Shown: piece by piece, positions 56,909 through 64,000 of the stretch
How the letters are laid out: the number at the start of each line of letters is the position of its first letter
How positions within the stretch are numbered: position 1 is the first letter of the stretch
Source of the DNA: Promethearchaeota archaeon
GTDB taxonomy: Archaea; Asgardarchaeota; Lokiarchaeia; Sigyniarchaeales; SOKP01
Direction: 5' to 3'
Assembly: GCA_016839745.1 (NCBI GenBank)
Contig: JAEOTS010000122.1
Coordinates: 11,977-75,976 of the forward strand
DNA: 64,000 nt
Position numbers and translations under genes: made by a program
The notes under the pieces: model-generated
Seen by the model: only the letters and a program-made list of their open reading frames with translations
The model's database searches: none
Told to the model about the DNA's origin: nothing

Positions 56909-59761
56909 ATGACGGAAATAAAACAGATTAGCGCACACTCGGAGAATGTTGACAAAGTTATAGAAGCATTTGGTACTTCAATTCAAAGAGGTTTGTCTGA
57001 AGGGGAAGCACAGGCTAGGCTTGAAAAATATGGGAAGAACGAATTAGTTAAAGAAAAAGGAAAAACTGCTCTTCAAATTTTTATTGGACAATTTAAAAGC
57101 TTCTTAGTCTACTTACTACTTTTTGCAATTGCAATCTCCTTTATAATTGGAATTTGGGAGAGTAGTCAGCCTGGTGCTGAAGAGTGGTCTTCGGAATATA
57201 CAGATGCGATAGTAATTTTAGCGATTTTAATTGTAAACGCAATTTTAGGTTTTTACCAAGAATATCAAGCTGAAAAGTCTATGGAAAGCTTAAAGAAGCT
57301 AGCACCTCATTTTGCTAAGGTTCGCCGAGATGGCAAGGTGATTGAAATTGCAGTAGAAGATGTAGTTCCAGGAGATATTGCTCTTATTGAGGATGGGGAT
57401 AAGTTTCCAGCAGATCTAAGATTCATAAAAGAATTCTCTCTCTATGTGGACGAAGCTATTTTGACAGGAGAATCAAAACCTGTTAGAAAACAACTCGATA
57501 TCGTAGATGAAAAAATGATTTTGGCCGATAGAACTAATCTTGGATATATGAATACTATAATTACCCGAGGAAATGCAGAGGGCGTTGTAATTGGAACGGG
57601 AATGAATACTGAAATAGGTAAAATCGCTGAAAGCCTGCAAAAAGAGAAAATAGAACCTAGTCCTTTTCAAGTAGAAGTAAACCGATTTGGGAAGTTATTA
57701 GGGATAATTATCATATTAATTTGTGCGGGTGTATTCATTACAGAAATAATTATAATACTAGCGACAGAGGGTTTAGTATTTTCTCCAACAGAAATAGAAG
57801 AAATTATTGAAGCACTAAAAATTTCTATAAGTTTAGCGGTGTCGGCGGTTCCAGAGGGTCTTGTCGTTGTTATTACTGTGGTTTTAAGCATAGGAATGAA
57901 AAAAATGGCTGCAAGAAACGCGTTAGTTAGGAATTTAACAGCTGTAGAAACTCTAGGTCGAGTTAATGTAATTGCATCAGATAAGACAGGTACGCTCACG
58001 AAAAACGAAATGACCGTAGTAAAAATGTATTTAAACGATACTGAGTTGGATGTAGAGGGTGTTGGATATAATTTAACAGGTGAAATTAAAGAAAATGGGA
58101 ATTCCGTTGTTATGAATGCCGATCTTAGACGTTTCTTGGAGATTTGTCTATATTGCAATAACTCTAATGTAAATATTCTCGATCAAAAAACTGGTGAAGT
58201 TAGTGTTGTCGGTGATCCTACCGAAATTTCAATGAAAGTGCTCGCTTTAAAAACAGGTTTAAACGAATCTTTTGAAAAAATAGACGAAATTCCTTTTGAT
58301 TCCGATCGGAAAATGATGAGTGTAGTAGGTAGAATTGACGGTAAAACATTTGCGCTAATAAAAGGAGCCCCAGATGTACTGCTGAGGAACGCTTCTTATA
58401 TATTGGAAAATGGGGATAGCAGACCAATTAGTTCCGCTAGGGATAAATTATCGAATAAAAATGAGGAGTTTGCTAAAAATGCTTTAAGAGTTCTGGGAGT
58501 GGCTTATAAGGAATTAGAGCCGGGGTATGATCTTAACGAAGTTGAGAAGGATTTTACTTATATAGGTTTAGTAGGAATTATTGATCCTGCCCGCGATGAA
58601 GTCAAATTAGCAATTCGCGAAGCAAGAATGGCTGGAATTCGCACTATCATGATTACGGGAGATCATAAGATTACTGCTATAGCGATAGCTCACCAGATTG
58701 GTCTAACAGAATCAAATGAAGCTATAACGGGCGTTGATTTAGAAGCCATGGATGACGACGAGCTATTAGAAAGAGTAAAAACTACGGATGTTTTCGCGAG
58801 AGTTACTTCTGAGCATAAACTGAGAATTTTAAAGAAACTAAAAGAACTCGGTTTAATAGTTGCAATGACTGGAGATGGAGTTAATGACGCTCCAGCTGTA
58901 AAAGGAGCTCATGTAGGTGTAGCAATGGGTTTGAAAGGGACGGAGGTTACTCAAGAGGCTTCGGACATGATCCTTATCGACGATAATTACGCTACGATCG
59001 TAAACGCTATCGAAGAAGGGAGAGGTATTTTTGAGACGACCAAAGGATTCTTCCGCTACATGCTAAGTACGAATTTTGATGAAATATTTCTAATTTTAGT
59101 AGCATATATCTTAATGAAATTATTCGCAACGAGTTTTATTGGAATCCCTGTTGAGCCAATTCAGATTCTCTGGTTAAATATAGCAACAGACGGCATCCCA
59201 GCAATGGTATTAGGTTTCACACCTACGGATCCCGATGTTATGAAAGCACCTCCGAGAAAAGGATTTACGTTACTTAAGGAAATTAAAGGTCCTGCATTGT
59301 TTTTAGGCTTGTATACTTCAATCACAGACATTTCGCTTTATATTATTCTTTGGACAGTCCTTATTCCTGCGTGGAGCATAATTGATCCAAATTTAGCTAA
59401 TTATGCCGTTGCTGGTCATCCAGATCAAATATATGCCATTAGTCTAGCACAGACGATTTTATTCACAAATTTAGTAATATGCGAGTTACTATTTGTCTAT
59501 ACATGTACAAGCAATATAAAACCGTTTTACAAATTTCCTAATAAGCATTTATTCTGGGCTACAGGACTTTCACTTGGCTTGCAATTATTAATACTTTACA
59601 CACCAATGGGCATAGCGTTTCGTGTTGTACCATTAACGGAATGGTATCACTGGGTAACTCTATTTCTTGCCGCATTTAGCGTTTCTGTTGTAGACGAACT
59701 GAGGAAATTTAGAATAAGGTTGAAATTAAAGAAGGATCCTAATTATCTGCTTAAATCTTAA
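56909..59761 (+). CDS. P-type ATPase, type IIA (SERCA-like Ca2+ pump)
   Basis: TGES, VPEGL, DKTGT, KGAP, TGD, GDGVND; M5 STNFDE, M6 WLNIATDG and an M8 Glu fit two ion sites. Confidence 0.93.
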   Translation: MTEIKQISAHSENVDKVIEAFGTSIQRGLSEGEAQARLEKYGKNELVKEKGKTALQIFIGQFKSFLVYLLLFAIAISFIIGIWESSQPGAEEWSSEYTDAIVILAILIVNAILGFYQEYQAEKSMESLKKLAPHFAKVRRDGKVIEIAVEDVVPGDIALIEDGDKFPADLRFIKEFSLYVDEAILTGESKPVRKQLDIVDEKMILADRTNLGYMNTIITRGNAEGVVIGTGMNTEIGKIAESLQKEKIEPSPFQVEVNRFGKLLGIIIILICAGVFITEIIIILATEGLVFSPTEIEEIIEALKISISLAVSAVPEGLVVVITVVLSIGMKKMAARNALVRNLTAVETLGRVNVIASDKTGTLTKNEMTVVKMYLNDTELDVEGVGYNLTGEIKENGNSVVMNADLRRFLEICLYCNNSNVNILDQKTGEVSVVGDPTEISMKVLALKTGLNESFEKIDEIPFDSDRKMMSVVGRIDGKTFALIKGAPDVLLRNASYILENGDSRPISSARDKLSNKNEEFAKNALRVLGVAYKELEPGYDLNEVEKDFTYIGLVGIIDPARDEVKLAIREARMAGIRTIMITGDHKITAIAIAHQIGLTESNEAITGVDLEAMDDDELLERVKTTDVFARVTSEHKLRILKKLKELGLIVAMTGDGVNDAPAVKGAHVGVAMGLKGTEVTQEASDMILIDDNYATIVNAIEEGRGIFETTKGFFRYMLSTNFDEIFLILVAYILMKLFATSFIGIPVEPIQILWLNIATDGIPAMVLGFTPTDPDVMKAPPRKGFTLLKEIKGPALFLGLYTSITDISLYIILWTVLIPAWSIIDPNLANYAVAGHPDQIYAISLAQTILFTNLVICELLFVYTCTSNIKPFYKFPNKHLFWATGLSLGLQLLILYTPMGIAFRVVPLTEWYHWVTLFLAAFSVSVVDELRKFRIRLKLKKDPNYLLKS

Positions 59762-59903
59762 TAATTATTTTTTATTTTCAAATTATTTTTTTTTAAGATT
59801 TAGAACAAATTTTTAGTTCTTATTGAAAACTTTTAAGTATTACGAGTAATAGATAAAAATAATAGAATTATTATTCACAATTCATACATTAAAGTGATAT
59901 TAA

Positions 59904-60917
59904 GTGGGAATTGATATATCAGATGGTATCGAAAGTGGTAAAGTAACTGTTAAAGTTCTGTCTACAAATGAAATATCTCTTACTTTATTAACTGAAGATA
60001 AATTTAATGGAAAGGTTATTCATCCCGGAGCTACTGCGAATAGGGCTATAGGGGAACATGGATTAGCATTAAGCATTAGTATAGAAGATAATGATGAAAG
60101 ACATCTCTTTCTACTAGATACTGGAGGTTTATCTCAAACTATAGTTAATAATAGTAAACAATTAGGAGTGAATTTAAATGAAGTTGAAAAATTTATTTTA
60201 AGTCATGGGCATTTTGATCATTTTGGCGGTATATCAGAAGTCTTCCCGTTATTTGATAAAGGTACAGAAATTTATTTAAATCCTATTTGTTTTAATCAAA
60301 ATTATATTGCGGTTATGAAATCTGGGGAAGAAATTCCAGCTGATGTGTTAGGAGAAAATTTACGAACATTAAGTAAAGAGGGGAAACTTAGTGTTAACAA
60401 AAAACTACCTTTACTCGGTAAAAACATGATTGATAATCTTGTAGATCAATACGGATTAAAACTTATAGAGACAAAAGATCCACAAAGATTATTTAAGGGG
60501 ATAGTAACAAGCGGCGAAATTGAATTATTTGATAAAAGTGAAAGAACGAAAGGGATTTACATTCAAAAAAGCAGAAGTGAATTCGTAGATCATTATTTTA
60601 GAGATGAAACATCAATTTATATAAATGTTAAGGACAAAGGTTTAGTTGTTATAACGGGATGCGGACACTGCGGTATAATAAACACTATCAAACATGGTCA
60701 AAAATTAACTGGTATAGATAAAATTTATGCGGTAATTGGTGGATTCCACGAGGAATGGAATCCAATTGAGAAAATTGAGGAAAAAGTAAAATATCTTGAA
60801 ACTTTAAACCCAGAAATCACATGTGGAATGCATTGTACAGGTTTTAAATTTAATAAGCTTATGTCTAGACACCCATCACATACTTTAGGAATCGTAGGGA
60901 CAGAATTCCGTCTATAA
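59904..60917 (+). CDS. MBL-fold metallo-hydrolase (MJ0301-like group)
   Basis: EHGL, LDTG, SHGHFDHFGG, DE, TGCGHCG, GGFH, HCTG. Confidence 0.85.
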   Translation: MGIDISDGIESGKVTVKVLSTNEISLTLLTEDKFNGKVIHPGATANRAIGEHGLALSISIEDNDERHLFLLDTGGLSQTIVNNSKQLGVNLNEVEKFILSHGHFDHFGGISEVFPLFDKGTEIYLNPICFNQNYIAVMKSGEEIPADVLGENLRTLSKEGKLSVNKKLPLLGKNMIDNLVDQYGLKLIETKDPQRLFKGIVTSGEIELFDKSERTKGIYIQKSRSEFVDHYFRDETSIYINVKDKGLVVITGCGHCGIINTIKHGQKLTGIDKIYAVIGGFHEEWNPIEKIEEKVKYLETLNPEITCGMHCTGFKFNKLMSRHPSHTLGIVGTEFRL

Positions 60918-60941
60918 AAAAAGCTTTTTATCCTATTCCAT

Positions 60942-62030
60942 TTATTTATTCTCTTCGATGTGTTTAAAAAATAAGCCAATTCCTATTATCTTAAAAGTAT
61001 CTTGAACATTTATGTTTCGTAAAGCGGAGGTTTCAGTGAAAAAACTTTTCAATTCTTGCGCTTTTTTCAATCCCTCTTCTTTAGTTACGACTCTATCTTC
61101 CTCTAAATCAATCTTATTACCAATAAGAACGAAGGGTATATTACCTAATTCCTTCTGTGCGTCTTTTAGCCAGAAATCGACTGCTTCGTCAAAAGACTCT
61201 CTTCGAGTAACATCATAAACGATAAACGCGCAGTTTGCTCCTTTATAGTAATCACGCCTAACGCGTTTAAAAAAACTTTGTCCTGCTAGATCAAAAATTA
61301 AAAACTTAATGACATCTTCTTTAAAACCTTGAACGTAATAACGTTGCGTTGAAATTGAAATACCTAGAGTAGGGCGATAATCAATAATATCTTCTTTTTT
61401 TAAAAATTGATTCACTAATGTAGTTTTACCTACTGCAGCTGAACCAAGCACAATTAATTTAAAAAGTTTTTCTATTTGTTTACTTTTCTGAAATTTGTGA
61501 GTAGGGGTTACGCCATTTATTATAGAGTCTGATTCATGGATTGAAAACTTGTCTAAACCTAGAGAAAAAGAGTCGTATACACTTAAATCTGGTATTTCAA
61601 GAGAATTAAATTTAAAATCAAAGCTATTTTCTAGTAACTGAGCGATTTTCTCAACAATAAGATAAGCCATTGGAAAAAGAGAGTTTAAATTTGTATCGTA
61701 ATCGCACACTAATAATAGAATTGCTTCAGATCCCGCTTCTAAGTATATTATTCGATTATCTTCAGTTTCAAATGAACCACTACCATAACGTCCTGTTTTA
61801 TATTCTAAGCTAATTTTATCTAGAAGATTTTCTACTATCGCAGTAAACGCTCCATAGATATCTTCTGATTCTTTATCTTCTTGAGTTGTTTCTTCAGATT
61901 TATTATATTTTGATAATAATAATCCTTCATTTGAATAAATAAAAGCTAGTATAACATCATCTCGTGATTCTACAAAATTTTTTAACAGAATCCGAAGATT
62001 TTCCTCTTTTGTTGCTGCTTTAGTTTCCAT
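60942..62030 (-). CDS. Roadblock-domain / Rab-like small GTPase fusion
   Basis: N-terminal AFIYSNEGLLLS roadblock-like domain; GSAAVGKT, YRPTLG, DLAGQ, YYKGA, GNKID, ETSA. Confidence 0.85.
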   Translation of the reverse strand: METKAATKEENLRILLKNFVESRDDVILAFIYSNEGLLLSKYNKSEETTQEDKESEDIYGAFTAIVENLLDKISLEYKTGRYGSGSFETEDNRIIYLEAGSEAILLLVCDYDTNLNSLFPMAYLIVEKIAQLLENSFDFKFNSLEIPDLSVYDSFSLGLDKFSIHESDSIINGVTPTHKFQKSKQIEKLFKLIVLGSAAVGKTTLVNQFLKKEDIIDYRPTLGISISTQRYYVQGFKEDVIKFLIFDLAGQSFFKRVRRDYYKGANCAFIVYDVTRRESFDEAVDFWLKDAQKELGNIPFVLIGNKIDLEEDRVVTKEEGLKKAQELKSFFTETSALRNINVQDTFKIIGIGLFFKHIEENK

Positions 62031-62207
62031 TATACAGATAAAATATAGATTATTGATTGATTTCTTGGTGTGGGTTTTTTTTTAGAAATTAGGGTTTCTT
62101 TTCTTTAAAAATACTACTCGTTATATTTAAATTTTTTTTATAACTTAACTAACTATTATAATTCTTAAACCTTAATTTTTAAAAAGATAATTTTTGAGAT
62201 AATTGAA

Positions 62208-62906
62208 ATGAACATTCCCGAATTGTTGAAAAATAAGCTTGAATCAAACCAGACTGTACTTACTGAATTTGAGTCAAAGAATTTACTAAAGGAAATTGGA
62301 ATCCCCATTCCAGACCAAGAATTAGCGACTTCTATAGAAGAAACCATTGCAATTGCTAAAAAAATAGGTTTTCCCGTAGTATTAAAACTCATGGCTGAAG
62401 ATATAGTACACAAATCTGATACTGGAGCAGTAAAACTAAATATTAAAAATGAAGATGAGACTGCTCAAGCCTATGATGATTTAATGAAGATACCATCACA
62501 GAGTGAGAAATCCATTAGTGTACAAAAAATGGCTGATGAACCTATAACCGAATTAATTATAGGAATGACTACTGACGCCCAGTTTGGACCTGCACTAATG
62601 TTTGGGATTGGAGGTATTTTAGTTGAGCTTCTAGAAGATGTAAGTTTCAGAATTGCCCCAATTACAGAATATGATGCCCGAGAACAGATACACGAGATAA
62701 AAGGATTTCCCATCCTAGATGGATATCGAGGAAAACCAAAAGCGGATATAGACGCAATTGTAAATACTTTATTAAAGATTTCAGATCTCGTGACAAAATA
62801 CGAAGAAATCAATGAAATGGACCTAAATCCAGTTTTCATCTATGAAAAAGGACTAATTTGCGTAGACGCGAGAATTATTCTGAAAAAACCGGAAAAACAA
62901 GAATAA
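62208..62906 (+). CDS. ADP-forming acyl-CoA synthetase beta subunit (ATP-grasp)
   Basis: LTEFESK, GFPVVLK, HKSDTGAV, FGP..MFGIGGI.VE, EMDLNP, VDARI. Confidence 0.92.
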   Translation: MNIPELLKNKLESNQTVLTEFESKNLLKEIGIPIPDQELATSIEETIAIAKKIGFPVVLKLMAEDIVHKSDTGAVKLNIKNEDETAQAYDDLMKIPSQSEKSISVQKMADEPITELIIGMTTDAQFGPALMFGIGGILVELLEDVSFRIAPITEYDAREQIHEIKGFPILDGYRGKPKADIDAIVNTLLKISDLVTKYEEINEMDLNPVFIYEKGLICVDARIILKKPEKQE

Positions 62907-63080
62907 TTTTCAATCTTTTTTTATATAAATTTTTAGAAAAACTTTATTAAACTCGTTTTTACATTATAAAAAAATTCCCATATTCGCGCAGATTTAATGA
63001 GAAAAAAAGTAATTTTAAATTCATATTACAAGATTATTATTGCAATAACATATACAATTAGCAATAAACTTTTGATAAAT

Positions 63081-64000
63081 ATGATTAATTTTAAATCTAA
63101 CAAAAAAGCTAAAGCGATTCTACTTATCTTCTTAACATTTACGCCTATACTCGCAAATCTGAATATAAGCTTACTATATTCGAACTACTTTACTAAGAAT
63201 CAAGATAATACTGATATCTTTTCTGACGAGAATGAGATCGACTTTCAAGAAAGACTTCCAAAAGCCTCTCAAATTCTAACTTATGACGGTAATGGTGAAG
63301 ATCTGAACGTAACCCTACATCAATCGTTATTAAATACTTCAACTATAGAGTTTACTAATTTAGATAGTTCCAATAGCTTTACGGAACCATTTCCAAATTT
63401 TAATGGATACAATACTTCTTATGTGAATATCACAGTTGAAGATATTTATGCTCCTAATAAATCGCTTATCGTTGAAGATGCAGAAATTGCCAACCAAGTC
63501 AACTTAGGAAATTATTATACTTCATTTGAAATTAGGGGAGATTGTTGGCTAGAAAATGTTTCTGTTTTTATTTATACTACAGGTATAGCCACAACATTCA
63601 CATTTGATGTGTTTGCTGCTGATGAAGTAAGCGGTTATCTCAAATATGACTTGACAAAGGATCTTACAGGTGCGGGCAATTTAGGTACTTTCTATAACGA
63701 CTCAACAACTAACTTTTGGTATAATCTTACGAATCTACATATTGATCTTGATGTTGATAATACAGAAAATAATACATTTTTTATACGAGTTTTAACGGAT
63801 AATGGTCAAGGTCGTTGGCGTAGTGAACCTGAGACCAATAATGGGGGTAATGACGATACTATTGTATGGGATGGAAATTTTGGTATAGTCCCCGAAGCTA
63901 ACACCGATTTAACGTTAAAGATTGGTTTAAGCCCGAAAGATGAAACTCCAGCACCATCAGTTATAAAACTTGTAATAAATGGTACAGCTGTAAGTGACCA
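63081..64000 (+). CDS. Large exported/surface glycoprotein, N-terminal part (runs off the window; absent from the ORF track)
   Basis: ATG at 63081; MINFKSNKKAKAILLIFLTFTPIL signal-like N-terminus; open to the window end; N/T/D-rich with many N-x-S/T sequons. Confidence 0.78.
   Translation, partial: MINFKSNKKAKAILLIFLTFTPILANLNISLLYSNYFTKNQDNTDIFSDENEIDFQERLPKASQILTYDGNGEDLNVTLHQSLLNTSTIEFTNLDSSNSFTEPFPNFNGYNTSYVNITVEDIYAPNKSLIVEDAEIANQVNLGNYYTSFEIRGDCWLENVSVFIYTTGIATTFTFDVFAADEVSGYLKYDLTKDLTGAGNLGTFYNDSTTNFWYNLTNLHIDLDVDNTENNTFFIRVLTDNGQGRWRSEPETNNGGNDDTIVWDGNFGIVPEANTDLTLKIGLSPKDETPAPSVIKLVINGTAVSD

Noticed and set aside
3205-62839. Numerous 60-160 aa ORFs overlapping longer genes (e.g. 11343..11756, 34431..34790, 45810..46253, 57667..58158, 62471..62839)
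   Set aside because: Antisense or alternate-frame shadows of well-supported genes, with no motifs of their own.

Overview
Gene-dense, strongly AT-rich (roughly 30% GC by eye) archaeal chromosome segment. The gene content points to an Asgard archaeon, most likely Lokiarchaeia (inference). Archaeal housekeeping genes (tRNA-splicing endonuclease, PINA ATPase, Ski2-like helicase, ADP-forming acyl-CoA synthetase beta subunit, folD, purH, guaB, polyprenyl synthase) are mixed with many eukaryotic-signature-type genes: an actin-related protein, two Rab-like GTPases (one fused to a roadblock domain), longin-like proteins, a JAMM/MPN+ protein and PCI/winged-helix proteins. I saw no rRNA, tRNA, CRISPR array, transposase or integrase. 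The best leads are: (1) an actin-related protein with a double zinc-ribbon insertion and substituted hydrolysis residues; (2) a SIRT6/7 (class IV)-like sirtuin clustered with a CoA-transferase-GNAT fusion and an ACT protein, a candidate acylation writer/eraser/sensor module; (3) an MPN+-TPR, tandem C2HC zinc-finger and PCI cluster; (4) an SSUH2-like zinc-finger gene ahead of a split DUF4140/DUF4139 pair; (5) two genes, missed or truncated by the ORF track, that appear to start at ATT. All family assignments come from reading motifs and from recalled reference sequences; no searches were run.
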